From assembly GCA_035535495.1 (NCBI GenBank), contig DATLQA010000233.1, positions 10,734 through 74,733 of the forward strand: a stretch of 64,000 nucleotides of DNA. The letters run 5' to 3'. Both the position numbers and the translations under genes were made by a program. Positions 1-9,184 of the stretch are shown one piece after another. The notes beneath the pieces are model-generated. The model had not been told where the DNA came from and searched no databases. It saw only the letters and a program-made list of their open reading frames with translations. Position 1 is the first letter of the stretch; each line of letters starts with the position of its first letter. The DNA is from Actinomycetota bacterium. GTDB taxonomy: Bacteria > Actinomycetota > CALGFH01.

Positions 1-361
1 CTACTACATGCGCTACTACCAGGGGTACGGCTCAGAGGTGCGCTACCCGGCGATCCCGCCGCAGCGGACCAGCCTGCCGTCCAACCCCGCCCACCTCTTC
101 CGCTTCCTCAACACCTGGCCCGGCGCCAGGGACCTGCACGTGGTCATCCAGCAAGGCCAGTCGCAGGAGGAGACGACCGCGATGTTCAAGGTCATCAGGC
201 AGTTCGGCTTCCGGGAGTCGTTCCGCGAGGCGAGCGGGGTCACCTCGGTGATCAACCTGGTGAGGCAGCCGCCAACCGGGCTCGCGCCCAACCAGGGCGC
301 GGCACCGTCGCCGGCGCCGCGGAGTCCGGTCCAGCGGAGTCCGGTCCGGACGACCGGCTGA
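1..361 (+). CDS. Partial CDS (C-terminal part) of a hypothetical protein. The reading frame runs off the 5' edge of the window.
   Basis: Open frame from the window edge to a stop at 359-361. Coding-like codon usage. No recognisable domain. Ends in a 15-bp tandem duplication at about 322-352. Confidence 0.3.
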   Translation, partial: YYMRYYQGYGSEVRYPAIPPQRTSLPSNPAHLFRFLNTWPGARDLHVVIQQGQSQEETTAMFKVIRQFGFRESFREASGVTSVINLVRQPPTGLAPNQGAAPSPAPRSPVQRSPVRTTG

Positions 362-480
362 GGCCGCGGCCGCCGCCCGGCTCCACCATTGGTGGCCGTG
401 TATGCTCCCGGGGTTCGGCAGCCGTCATCCGGGCAGCCGGCCACCCCGAAACGGCCCAGCAGCAGCGGAGGTCGCACGCC

Positions 481-1122
481 GTGCCCCAGGACCCGGCCGT
501 CCCCGAGACGCCAGGCATCGTCATCGGCAACACCACCCCGAAGTACACCGCCAAGAACCCGGCCATCCGGTACCTCACCCAGCGCTGGGTGGACAACCTC
601 GAGAAGGTGTTCGACCGGGTCACCGCCGACCCGCGCGGCGAGCCCAAGGCCGCGCTCGAGGTCGGCTGCGGCGAGGGTGTGATCGCCGACAAGCTGCGGC
701 ACCGGTTCAAGGACGTGGTCGCCCTCGACCTGCCCGATGCCGGCCTGCGGGCCTGGTGGCAGCGCTACCCGGGGCCGCACTATCTGCACGCCGACGCGCA
801 CCACCTGCCCTTCGAGGACGACCAGTTCGACCTGGTGGTCGCCGTGGAGGTGCTGGAGCACCTGCACGACCCGGTCAAGGGCCTGCGCGAGATGGCCCGG
901 ATCTCACGGCGCCACGTGATCTTCTCGGTGCCGCGCGAGCCGATCTTCCGCGGCTGCAACCTGCTCACCGGCCGCTACGTCTCCGACCTCGGCAACACGC
1001 CCGGTCACCTGAACCACTGGTCGAAGCGGGGCTTCGCGAAGTTCGTCTCCACCGTCGCCGACGTCCGCGAGATCACCTCGCCGTTCCCCTGGACCACGGT
1101 TTGGGCGGTGCTGCCGGACTGA
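481..1122 (+). CDS. Class I SAM-dependent methyltransferase
   Basis: Motif I LEVGCGEGV, an acidic residue after beta-2 (VALD), motif II FDLVVAVEVLEHL. This is the Methyltransf_11/25 architecture. Confidence 0.8.
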   Translation: MPQDPAVPETPGIVIGNTTPKYTAKNPAIRYLTQRWVDNLEKVFDRVTADPRGEPKAALEVGCGEGVIADKLRHRFKDVVALDLPDAGLRAWWQRYPGPHYLHADAHHLPFEDDQFDLVVAVEVLEHLHDPVKGLREMARISRRHVIFSVPREPIFRGCNLLTGRYVSDLGNTPGHLNHWSKRGFAKFVSTVADVREITSPFPWTTVWAVLPD

Positions 1123-1129
1123 CAGGAGA

Positions 1130-2152
1130 TCAGCGGCGGGCGCGGTCGGGTTCGTCGGGGGCGGGTGGGGCCGCCGGTAGGGCCTCGGTGGCCGCCGCTT
1201 CGGTTGGCGCGGGGCCGGGCGGCTTGCGGACGCCGATCAGAGCGAGCAGGCCCCAGGCCACGTCGCCGAGGGTGATCAGCAGGCGCGAGACGAGCGCGAG
1301 CACGGTGGCTTGGGCGGTCGGCAGGGTCGCGCCGAACAGCAGGATGAAGGCTGCCTCGCGCGGGCCGGCGCCGGCCGGGAGCACGCCGAGCACGAACCCG
1401 ATCGACCAGGAGGCGGCGAACACCCCGGTCGCTTGCAAGTAGAGGTCGAACGCGTTGGCGCTGCCGAGGTCCAGGGCGAGCGCCCAGGTGTGGACGCCGA
1501 ACAGGGCCCACATCGGCAGGCACCAGAAGGCGGCGACGGCGATGCCGCGCAGGGTCAGCGGCCGCGGCATGGGCTCCCGCTTGGCCAGGCGCAGTGCCGT
1601 CCCGAGACCGCGGTTGAGGATCGCCGGGTGCATCGCCGCCAGGGCCACCGGCAGCACCACCAGCGTCCACCAGTAGCGGCTGAACGCCTGGCCGCCGAGG
1701 AACGGCATGGTCACCGCGGCGAGCACCAGCCCGGTGCCGAGCACCAGCAGCATGAACACGCCGGCGGCGGCGCCGGAGGCGCGCTTCGGCACGCGGTACT
1801 CGGCGCCCAGCCGGATCTGGGTCAGGATCGGCCAGAGCTTGCCTGGCAGGTACTTGCCGAGCTGGCCGATGAAGAAGATCCGCATACCGCCGGAGACCGG
1901 CACGTGCGAGCCGAAGTCGGCCAGCACCGCCTTCCAGCACAGGAAGCTGCACCAGATGGCGCCGAGCACGGCGGCCATCGAGAGCCCGGCGGCGCGCAGC
2001 GACAGCCGGCCGGCATAGTCGCGCACGTCGTCCCAGCGCTTGGCGACCGCGTAGACGATGAAGAGCACGAACGCGGCGACCACCAGCAGGTGCAGGACGG
2101 TGCGCAGCGGCCGGCGCCGGCGCGGCGTTGGCTCGGTCGTCGGCACGCTCAT
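1130..2152 (-). CDS. Lysylphosphatidylglycerol-synthase-like (flippase-like, UPF0104/TIGR00374 family) polytopic membrane protein
   Basis: Eight or more predicted TM helices. Family-typical motifs (GKYLPGKLW, REAAFILLF). The start is set at the internal ATG (revcomp at 2150-2152), which forms an ATGA overlap with the upstream gene. The rest of the 553-aa ORF is an R/G-rich GC artefact. Confidence 0.7.
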   Translation of the reverse strand: MSVPTTEPTPRRRRPLRTVLHLLVVAAFVLFIVYAVAKRWDDVRDYAGRLSLRAAGLSMAAVLGAIWCSFLCWKAVLADFGSHVPVSGGMRIFFIGQLGKYLPGKLWPILTQIRLGAEYRVPKRASGAAAGVFMLLVLGTGLVLAAVTMPFLGGQAFSRYWWTLVVLPVALAAMHPAILNRGLGTALRLAKREPMPRPLTLRGIAVAAFWCLPMWALFGVHTWALALDLGSANAFDLYLQATGVFAASWSIGFVLGVLPAGAGPREAAFILLFGATLPTAQATVLALVSRLLITLGDVAWGLLALIGVRKPPGPAPTEAAATEALPAAPPAPDEPDRARR

Positions 2153-3255
2153 CGTCCCGGCTCCGCGGTGTCCAGCCTGGCGGGGGAGAGCGGCAGTCCG
2201 AAGCGGTCCGCCCAGGCGGTGGCGAGCGCCTCGGGCACCCGGTCGAGCGCGCACGCGACCGTCCGCAGGCGCCCCAGGTCGAGCCCGGCAGGGTCCGCGT
2301 CCGCCGCCAGCACCGTCTCGGCCTGCTCGGGCAGCAGGACGGCGACGGCCACCTTCTCGTCCGCCAGCCGCTTCCAGAACGCGCCTGGTTCGAAGCCGGT
2401 GCCGACCACCACACCCGCCCCGGCCACGAACGGCGCCACCAGGCCGCCCACCACGCCGTCGGGCCGGTAGGACGGCACCCCGGCGAGCAGCCGGTCGGAG
2501 TCGTCCAGGGCCAGGTCGCCGGCTGCCTTCCCGGCGGCCGCCAGCAGCTCGCCCTGGCTGCGGGCCGAGCCGCCGGTCAGCAGCGCCTCGCCGTCCAGCC
2601 CGCCGGCCGCGTCGAACAGGTCGCCCATGCTCGGGACGACGCCGGCGAAGTCCAGCGCGGTCGCCGGGTCGGCGCCGGTGCGGCCGAGCAGGCCGCGGCC
2701 GACGGCCACCAGTGCCGGCCGGCCGTGCTCGTGGTGGAGGGCGGCGGCCAGGGCGGCCAGCCGTTCCTCCGCCACGAAGGCGACGGCGCATCCGGCCGCG
2801 CGGAGCGCGTCGGCGCCGCGTCCGGCGGATGCGGCGGGGTCGAGCGGCACCAGGGACACCCCAGCCCGCCAGCAGGCGAAGGAAATCGCCACCGCCCGCC
2901 AGTGGTTGCCTACCAGGACGGCGACGCGCGCGCCCTCGGCGGCGTCAAGCTCCTCGACCAGGAGGTTCGCGATCTTGGCGGTCCAGTTCTCGAACGTCCG
3001 GTATGACAGCTCGACCCGTTCGGCGCGGTCGTCGTCATAGTGCGTGAGGAAGGGCTTGTCGCCGTACCGTCCCGCCTGCCGTTCGATCAGCGCTCCGATG
3101 CCGGTGACCTGGGGGATGCGGGGCCGGCCGGTCGCCGGGGACGCGGCCGCCGGCGGGTCGTCGGGGAGCTCGTCGGCCTGCACGATCGCTGAACACCTAC
3201 CCTGCGCGTACGTGGTCACAAAGGTTTCCGAGGGAGGTTCAGAGGCTATCTCCAC
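2149..3255 (-). CDS. Conserved actinobacterial hypothetical protein with an AMP-binding-like fold, resembling the TIGR03089 family that is usually found next to flippase-like genes.
   Basis: 368-aa ORF with good coding potential. Operon-style 4-bp overlap with the downstream membrane protein gene. Start codon not verified. Confidence 0.55.
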   Translation of the reverse strand: MEIASEPPSETFVTTYAQGRCSAIVQADELPDDPPAAASPATGRPRIPQVTGIGALIERQAGRYGDKPFLTHYDDDRAERVELSYRTFENWTAKIANLLVEELDAAEGARVAVLVGNHWRAVAISFACWRAGVSLVPLDPAASAGRGADALRAAGCAVAFVAEERLAALAAALHHEHGRPALVAVGRGLLGRTGADPATALDFAGVVPSMGDLFDAAGGLDGEALLTGGSARSQGELLAAAGKAAGDLALDDSDRLLAGVPSYRPDGVVGGLVAPFVAGAGVVVGTGFEPGAFWKRLADEKVAVAVLLPEQAETVLAADADPAGLDLGRLRTVACALDRVPEALATAWADRFGLPLSPARLDTAEPGR

Positions 3256-3309
3256 TCTGTCTCGCCAACGTATCGGTCCTGTCCGGTTCGAAAACGAATC
3301 CAGGCGAGC

Positions 3310-4854
3310 ATGCTACGCTCAGACCCTGGTCCAGAATCCCATGCGCGGCGGGTGCCGTACTTCCATGTCGCTGTCCCATCTCGGGAGCTCGAGCTGGTGA
3401 ACGACCGCAGGACGTCCACGTTGCGACCCCGCCGGGCTGCCCCGGTGCGCGAGGACCTGCTTCCAGCACCCGACGAGGACGTGTGGGGGATCCGCCAGCC
3501 GCCCTCGCACCCGCCCGAGGTCAACTGGTCGCCACGCCGTGACCGCTACCGCCGGCGTCGCCGGATCCTCAAGTGGACCGCCCTGGTCCTGGTCGTCGCC
3601 CTCCTCGTGGCCGGTGCCGTGTTCGCGTACGGCCTGCGCTACACCAACCAGCTGCTCGACAAGGGACGCACCGAGGTCGGCGGGCTGACCCAGGCCGGCG
3701 CCGGGCAGCCCTTCAACGTCCTGCTGGTCGGCTCGGACTCACGCGAAGGCCTGTCCGAGGCGGAAACAAAACGCCTGGCCGTCGGCGAGGCGGGCGGGCG
3801 GCGCACCGACACCATCATCGTCCTGCACGTCAGCCCGCGGAACCGCAAGGCCGCGATGATCTCGATCCCGCGCGACCTGAAGGTGACCATCAACGGCCGC
3901 ACGGCCAAGGTCAACTCCGCCTTCGCCGGCGGCCCCGAGCTCATGGTGCGCACCGTCCAGCAGGTCACCGGTCTGCCGATCCACCATTACGTGGAGATCA
4001 ACTTCGCGGCGTTCGCCAAGGTGGTCGACGCGGTCGGCGGCGTGCGCGTCTGCAACCCGACCAACAAGGACTGGGACGACCGCTTCGCCAACCTGCACCT
4101 GCCCGCCAACACCTGCAGGATCGCCAGCGGGGCGGGGGCACTGTCGTACGTGCGCGCCCGCCACATCGACAGCGACTTCGGCCGGATCGGCCGGCAGCAG
4201 GCGTTCATCCGCGCGCTGATGGCCAAGATCGCCAACAAGGGCAACCTCATCAACGTCCCCAAGATCCTCAGCATCGCCAACATCGTCTCGGGCAACGTCA
4301 CCACCGACCAGAACTTCAGCGTCGGCACCGCCCTGAAGGTCGCCAAGCGCATGGGCTCGCTCTCCTCCAAGGAAGTCGACATGCGCATCTACCCGAGCTA
4401 CCCGGAGGGCATCTCGTTCGTGGAGGCCGCGCCGGAGGCGCCGATCCTCATGAAGGCGCTCCGCGAGGACGCGCCCGTCCTGCCGCCGGTCGGCCTGGCC
4501 GACCAGAAGGGCCCGACCCTTCGCGGCACCAGGCTGTGGGTGCTGAACGGCAGCGGCACGCCAGGGGCGGCGCGGCGAGCCAAGGAGGGCCTCGAGGCCT
4601 ACGGGCTGAACGTGGTCAAATGGGACAACGCCCAGTCGCCGACCGGCAACGCCTCCTACCTGTTCTACCCGACCAAGCGGGCCAAGGAAGCCCAGCTCCT
4701 CGGTGCCCTGCTGGGTCCCCAGGTCCGGGTGGTGCTGGCCCCGTCGGCGTCGACCGCGGCGGTCAAGGGCGTCCTGGTGCTCACCGTGGGCTCCAACTTC
4801 CAGCCGGTGGGCCCGCCAGGGTTCGTGCCGAGCACGCCGACCACCGCCCCGTGA
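3310..4854 (+). CDS. LytR-CpsA-Psr (LCP) family cell-wall glycopolymer ligase with a C-terminal LytR_C domain
   Basis: Cytoplasmic tail, one TM helix (ILKWTALVLVVALLVAGAVFAY), and an LCP core (NVLLVGSDSR...RTDTIIVLHV...ISIPRDL). The start is uncertain; a downstream GTG is possible. Confidence 0.8.
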   Translation: MLRSDPGPESHARRVPYFHVAVPSRELELVNDRRTSTLRPRRAAPVREDLLPAPDEDVWGIRQPPSHPPEVNWSPRRDRYRRRRRILKWTALVLVVALLVAGAVFAYGLRYTNQLLDKGRTEVGGLTQAGAGQPFNVLLVGSDSREGLSEAETKRLAVGEAGGRRTDTIIVLHVSPRNRKAAMISIPRDLKVTINGRTAKVNSAFAGGPELMVRTVQQVTGLPIHHYVEINFAAFAKVVDAVGGVRVCNPTNKDWDDRFANLHLPANTCRIASGAGALSYVRARHIDSDFGRIGRQQAFIRALMAKIANKGNLINVPKILSIANIVSGNVTTDQNFSVGTALKVAKRMGSLSSKEVDMRIYPSYPEGISFVEAAPEAPILMKALREDAPVLPPVGLADQKGPTLRGTRLWVLNGSGTPGAARRAKEGLEAYGLNVVKWDNAQSPTGNASYLFYPTKRAKEAQLLGALLGPQVRVVLAPSASTAAVKGVLVLTVGSNFQPVGPPGFVPSTPTTAP

Positions 4855-5921
4855 AGGCGCTGGTCCTGGCCGGCGGCTCTGGCACCCGCCTCCGCCCGAT
4901 CACCCACACCAACGCCAAGCAGCTGGTCCCGGTCGGCAACAAGCCGATCCTGCACTTCGTGCTGGAGTCGCTGGTCGCCGCCGGCGTCGTCGACGTCGGC
5001 ATGATCGTCGGCGACACCGCCGCGGAGATCCAGGCCAGCGTGGGCGACGGCTCCGAATGGGGCGCGGCGGTCACCTACATCCGCCAGGAGGCGCCGCTCG
5101 GCCTCGCCCACGCGGTGCGGACCGCCGAGCGCTACCTCGGCGACGACGACTTCGTCATGTACCTCGGCGACAACCTGATCCTCGACGGCATCACGCCGCT
5201 GGTCGAGGAGTTCCGCGCCGAGCGGCCGAACTCGCAGATCCTGCTCACCCGGGTGCCCGAACCCGAGCGCTTCGGCGTGGCCGAGCTGGGTCCCGACGGC
5301 CGGGTGGTCCGCCTGGTCGAGAAGCCCAAGCAACCGAAGTCGGATCTGGCCCTGGTCGGCGTCTACATGTTCGACCACCACGTCCACGAGGCCACCAGGG
5401 CGATCAAGCCGTCCGACCGCGGCGAGCTCGAGATCACCGACGCCATCCAGTGGCTGGTGGACAGCGGCTACGACGTCCGGCCGCATCTGATCACCGGCTG
5501 GTGGAAGGACACCGGCCGGCTCGAGGACCTGCTGGACGCCAACCGCCAGGTGCTCGACGAGCTGGTCCCCGCCAACCACGGTTCGATCGACGCGGAGTCC
5601 CGCATCGAGGGCAAGGTGGTGATCCAGGCCGGCGCGGTGATCGAGCGGTCGACCATCCGCGGGCCGGCGATCATCGGCGAGCGGACCCGCATCGTCGACT
5701 CGTACGTGGGGCCGTTCACGTCGATCTACTTCGACTGCCTGATCGACGCGGCCGAGATCGAGAACTCGGTGGTGCTCGAGCAGTCGGTCATCAGAGACCT
5801 GCGCCGCATCGAGTCGAGCCTGATCGGCAAGAACGTCGAGGTGGGCCGGTCGGAGGAGCGCCCGCGGGCCTACCGGCTGATGCTCGGCGACCACTCCCGC
5901 GTCGGCGTCGTCCCCGAGTAG
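4851..5921 (+). CDS. rmlA: Glucose-1-phosphate thymidylyltransferase, long form (nucleotidyltransferase domain plus a C-terminal left-handed beta-helix)
   Basis: N-terminal LVLAGGSGTRLRPITHTNAKQLVPV signature. 356 aa. GTG start with a GTGA overlap on the LCP stop codon. Confidence 0.85.
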   Translation: MKALVLAGGSGTRLRPITHTNAKQLVPVGNKPILHFVLESLVAAGVVDVGMIVGDTAAEIQASVGDGSEWGAAVTYIRQEAPLGLAHAVRTAERYLGDDDFVMYLGDNLILDGITPLVEEFRAERPNSQILLTRVPEPERFGVAELGPDGRVVRLVEKPKQPKSDLALVGVYMFDHHVHEATRAIKPSDRGELEITDAIQWLVDSGYDVRPHLITGWWKDTGRLEDLLDANRQVLDELVPANHGSIDAESRIEGKVVIQAGAVIERSTIRGPAIIGERTRIVDSYVGPFTSIYFDCLIDAAEIENSVVLEQSVIRDLRRIESSLIGKNVEVGRSEERPRAYRLMLGDHSRVGVVPE

Positions 5922-6017
5922 CGGACGCCGGCGGCGCTGCTCCTGGCTGACATGGTGCTGCCCGGCCGCCTTGGTGACCGGAGGGCGGCCGGGCAGGAGT
6001 TGGCCGAGGCTGGCCGG

Positions 6018-6572
6018 CTAGGGCGTGGCCTTCGCCGACTCGCGGCGACCGAGCCACAGGGCGGTGCCGCCGGCGAGCAGCAGGCCGACGGCGAACGCCA
6101 GCTCCCAGCCGATGCTGTCGCTGCCGGTCATCGGCAGCGACCCGCAGTTGGTGGCGGCCGTGTCCTTGGCCTGCATGGTCAGGGTCTCGCCCTTCTTGGT
6201 CCAGATGCTCACGTCCACCGTGCGGACACTGCGCAGGTTGGCGTGGACCACCGACGAGACCATGCCGCCGGTGTCGGACTTGACCGACATCGGCTTGCCG
6301 CTGGTGTTGAGCACCTTGCCGTTGGAGAGGTCACGGGCCAGCAGGAGGAGCTGGGAGCTGGCCGGCATGCCCTCGGCCACCACCGCGACGCTGCCGCAGC
6401 TGGTGTTGGAGACGCGCAAGTCCTTGGGTGCGGCCGCGGCGGGCAGGGCGAAGGTCAGCAGCAGTCCGACTGCGAGAACAAGGATCGACCGCCCCGCGGG
6501 CAGGACGACCCCGGTCCGGCGGGCGACTCGCTTCCGTGGTATCGGCTTCATCGTGGTGGCGGTACGTCGCAT
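6018..6572 (-). CDS. Small secreted surface protein with a C-terminal LPXTG-type sortase sorting signal
   Basis: N-terminal signal peptide. C-terminal LPMTG, then a hydrophobic stretch, then an RRESAK tail. The start overlaps the stop of the upstream acidic-protein gene. Confidence 0.6.
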   Translation of the reverse strand: MRRTATTMKPIPRKRVARRTGVVLPAGRSILVLAVGLLLTFALPAAAAPKDLRVSNTSCGSVAVVAEGMPASSQLLLLARDLSNGKVLNTSGKPMSVKSDTGGMVSSVVHANLRSVRTVDVSIWTKKGETLTMQAKDTAATNCGSLPMTGSDSIGWELAFAVGLLLAGGTALWLGRRESAKATP

Positions 6573-8146
6573 CAGGGGCTCCTCCCCGTCCGTCGACAGG
6601 CTCGGGCGTTGGCGCCGTAGTCCTGGATCGACTTGGACAGCCGCTCGTCGCGGATCTTGGCCACCAGGTACGAGATGACCGCGTCGGCATCGTCCATTGC
6701 TTGCGTGCAGGCAGCCGGGGGCGGCGCGTCACGGATCTGCACCACCGGCTGCGGGGCGGCAGGCGGGCTCACCTGCTGCGGCTCGTTGGACCCGATGGCC
6801 ATGCCGATGCCGATGCCGGCGAGCAGCAGCACCAGCCCGGCGGCGACGTTGACCAGCAACCGGCGGCGCCGGCCGCGTGACCGCTTGGCCTCCTCGGTCT
6901 CCAGCCACTGCTGCAGCGCGACCGCCTTGGCCATCGCCACACCGGCCTGGACCTGGAGCGGGGGCGGTAGCCCAGCGGCGCGCTCCTGGGTCGACGGTCC
7001 GCTGGTCGCGGCGGCGACCAGCTCCTTGTCGCCCGCTGGCAGGGGCTCCCCGGCCTGGGCGACCCAGGCGGCGGCCAGGTCGTCGTCCTCCTGGGACGGC
7101 TCCCAGTCCTCGGTGTGGCGCTCGACCGGCTCCGCCTCCGCCGCCGCGGCCACGGCCGGCTCCTCGTCCTCGGCAGCCTCGGCGGGTGGCTCCTCGTCGG
7201 CGGCGGCCTCCACCTCGTCCGCCTCGTCCTGGGCGGCCTCGTCCTCGGCGTCGAGTTGCTCGGCCGCCTCGACCTCGTCGTCCTGGGTGCTGACCGCGAC
7301 GAACTCCTGGGTCTCCGCCTCCTCGTCCTCGGCGGCCTCGGCGGCGAACGATTCCTCGTCCTCGGCGGCCTCGGCGACCAGCAGCTCCTCGTCCTCGTCC
7401 TCGAAGGTCTCCTCGTGCTCGGCCGCCTCGACGGCGACCGGCTCCTCGGCTTCGGCGCCGAACGCTTCGTCCTCCTCCACGGCCAGCGCCTCGGCCGCGG
7501 CATCCTCGTCCTCGTCCTCGGCGACGAGCTCCTCGTCGGCGTCCTCGTCCTCGGCGACGAGTGCCTCCTCGGCCGCAACCTCGGCGTCCTCGTCGTCCTC
7601 GGCGACCAGTGCGGCCTGGTCCTCGACGTGGTTGTTGTGGAGGTCGGCGTCGGCCTCCGCCTCGAACGGCCCGCCGAACCTCCCGGCCTCGGCCGTCGGG
7701 GCCTGCTCGGCGGCCGGCGGGGTGGCCGGGTCGGCGAGGTCGGGGAAGGCCGGTGCCTGCTGGCGGTTCCAGCGGAACAGGCGGCGGTACCTGGCGGCGC
7801 GCTCGGCCACCGACGTCTCCTCCGGCTCCTGCACGCCGGCGATCAGGTCGGCGACCTGGAAGGGGCGGACGAGGAAGCGCCGCTTCGCGTCCGGAGGCCA
7901 GTCGTTCGTGTCCCTGGCGTTGTCGACCGGCACCACCACGCGGCCCTCGTACCGCTGGCGGAGTTCCTCGTAGGCGTCACGCCGGGTGTCGGCGGGGAGA
8001 TCGAGCACCACCGCGTCGATCGCCGCCGCGGAAGCATTTGGCACCTCGGCCGCGGAGCCGAGCAGGGTGAGACCCTCGGGCGTGGGGAGCGCCATGGTCA
8101 AGATCGCGCCAAGCCGATGGTCGCGCGAAATCAGCACCACGTTCAC
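6572..8146 (-). CDS. Membrane protein with four parts: an N-terminal atypical receiver-like (REC) domain, a poly-acidic (Glu/Asp/Ala) low-complexity region of about 230 aa, one TM helix, and a short extracytoplasmic Cys-containing C-terminal domain.
   Basis: REC-like landmarks are present (DAVVLDLP, VVVPVD, KRRFLVRPF), but the acidic pocket is replaced by ISRDHR. TM helix at LLVNVAAGLVLLLAGIGIGMAI. Confidence 0.6.
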   Translation of the reverse strand: MNVVLISRDHRLGAILTMALPTPEGLTLLGSAAEVPNASAAAIDAVVLDLPADTRRDAYEELRQRYEGRVVVPVDNARDTNDWPPDAKRRFLVRPFQVADLIAGVQEPEETSVAERAARYRRLFRWNRQQAPAFPDLADPATPPAAEQAPTAEAGRFGGPFEAEADADLHNNHVEDQAALVAEDDEDAEVAAEEALVAEDEDADEELVAEDEDEDAAAEALAVEEDEAFGAEAEEPVAVEAAEHEETFEDEDEELLVAEAAEDEESFAAEAAEDEEAETQEFVAVSTQDDEVEAAEQLDAEDEAAQDEADEVEAAADEEPPAEAAEDEEPAVAAAAEAEPVERHTEDWEPSQEDDDLAAAWVAQAGEPLPAGDKELVAAATSGPSTQERAAGLPPPLQVQAGVAMAKAVALQQWLETEEAKRSRGRRRRLLVNVAAGLVLLLAGIGIGMAIGSNEPQQVSPPAAPQPVVQIRDAPPPAACTQAMDDADAVISYLVAKIRDERLSKSIQDYGANARACRRTGRSP

Positions 8147-8568
8147 GGCCGTCCCCCCTCAGTGCACACGGCCTGGAAATCTTCCACGTCGCGCTCGTCC
8201 GGCGCGGTCATGGTCGCTCTGATTCCGACCGGCCGAAACACATGCTGACCGGCTGAATTTGTATGCCCAGGTGGTAGGCGTGTCAACCAATACCTGCCGT
8301 ACCGCTGCTCAGCCGTTTGGTTTTGCGGACTCGAATCGGGATCGCGAATCACACTGCTCTGCAATTGCGTAACTATTCCCGCTTCCATCTCGCTCGGATT
8401 GAAGTCCTCGATCCTGTCAAACAGCATTACAAGCACGTGGAAGCCGGGTACACAGCCCGTCCCGGGTCGGCTCAGGGGCCGGCCCGAGGAGTGAAACGGT
8501 CGCTCGTATTGCTTCGGCCGCCCGGCTCTAGGACCCTGCGCACACCTTCACGGCGGGAGGGTGAGCAA

Positions 8569-8705
8569 ATGACCGACACAGGGTCGGTGACCGCGTAGCG
8601 GGAGGTCCGGGGAAAGGGCTCGGCGTGGTGCTCGGCTCGACCGCCTACAAGCTGCTGCACCGCTCGACCGTCCCGGTCCTGGTGGTGCCCGCCAAGCCCG
8701 GCTGA
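8569..8705 (+). pseudogene. Universal stress protein (UspA family) C-terminal remnant
   Basis: The C-terminal about 30 codons read GKGLGVVLGSTAYKLLHRSTVPVLVVPAKPG followed by a stop; this is the typical USP C-terminus. It follows a 9-codon ORF (MTDTGSVTA, with a good SD) in another frame. No N-terminal USP domain is present. Confidence 0.35.
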
Positions 8706-9184
8706 GCCGGCCACGACCAGGCGTGCACGCTCGCCGCCCGTGTGCCGGTGGCGGCGAGCAGGTGCACGTGACCGGGGTCGAACGCCGTTGTCGAGCCGGC
8801 GCGGAAGGTGGTGCGCCGGCAGGTCGTCCAGATGGTGGCGTCGAGGCAGTCCTCGACCAGCACGCCGTCGAGCACGGTCAGCGCCACCGCGGCGCCGTGG
8901 TGGTCGTGCGCGCGGGTCGCCGCGCCCGGCGCCCACTCGACCAGCCACAGCTCCGCCGTCGCGTTCCAGGCGAGGCGGGTGCGGCGGGCCCCCTCGGGCG
9001 TGGCGCCCAGCAGTGGCCGCCAGCGCGGTGCGCTCGCGGCCAGCAGCCTGGTCGCCTCCGCCAGCCGGCCATGGCCGGGACGCGTCCAGGTGGCCGACAC
9101 GGCGGCGAGGGCGCCGGCGAGGCCGGCGTCGGTGCCGGTGAGCACCTGGTGCACTTCGAGGTCGGGCAGGAGGGTGGGGTTCAA
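8645..9184 (-). CDS. Cysteine dioxygenase type I (cupin fold)
   Basis: Cupin motif WAPGAATRAHDHHGAAVALTVLDG with the three-His metal site. The 3' end overlaps the USP remnant in antisense, so the true C-terminus is uncertain. Confidence 0.7.
   Translation of the reverse strand: MNPTLLPDLEVHQVLTGTDAGLAGALAAVSATWTRPGHGRLAEATRLLAASAPRWRPLLGATPEGARRTRLAWNATAELWLVEWAPGAATRAHDHHGAAVALTVLDGVLVEDCLDATIWTTCRRTTFRAGSTTAFDPGHVHLLAATGTRAASVHAWSWPAQPGLAGTTRTGTVERCSSL

Noticed and set aside
322-352. 15-bp tandem duplication (gagtccggtccagcg / gagtccggtccggacg) at the end of the first partial ORF
   Set aside because: A single imperfect duplication inside a coding tail, probably replication slippage. Noted but not considered functionally informative.
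1005-2791. Long minus-strand ORFs (1005..2414 and the 5' 640 nt of 1130..2791) and the plus-strand ORF 1310..2470, all overlapping the flippase-like gene
   Set aside because: R/G/P/A-rich translations. They lie antisense or out of frame to a gene with clear TM and family motifs. This is the typical stop-codon depletion in 72 percent GC DNA.
3573-4850. 5' portion of the 782-aa ORF 3573..5921 that overlaps the LCP gene in another frame
   Set aside because: Only the last 356 codons (from the GTG at 4851) encode a recognisable protein (RmlA). The upstream part is Arg/Gly-rich nonsense overlapping the well-supported LCP frame.
7100-7700. Highly repetitive GAG/GAC/GCC-rich DNA, considered as a possible CRISPR array or tandem repeat
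   Set aside because: The repeats are irregular codon-level repeats inside the coding sequence for the poly-acidic region of the 524-aa protein. There is no repeat-spacer periodicity.
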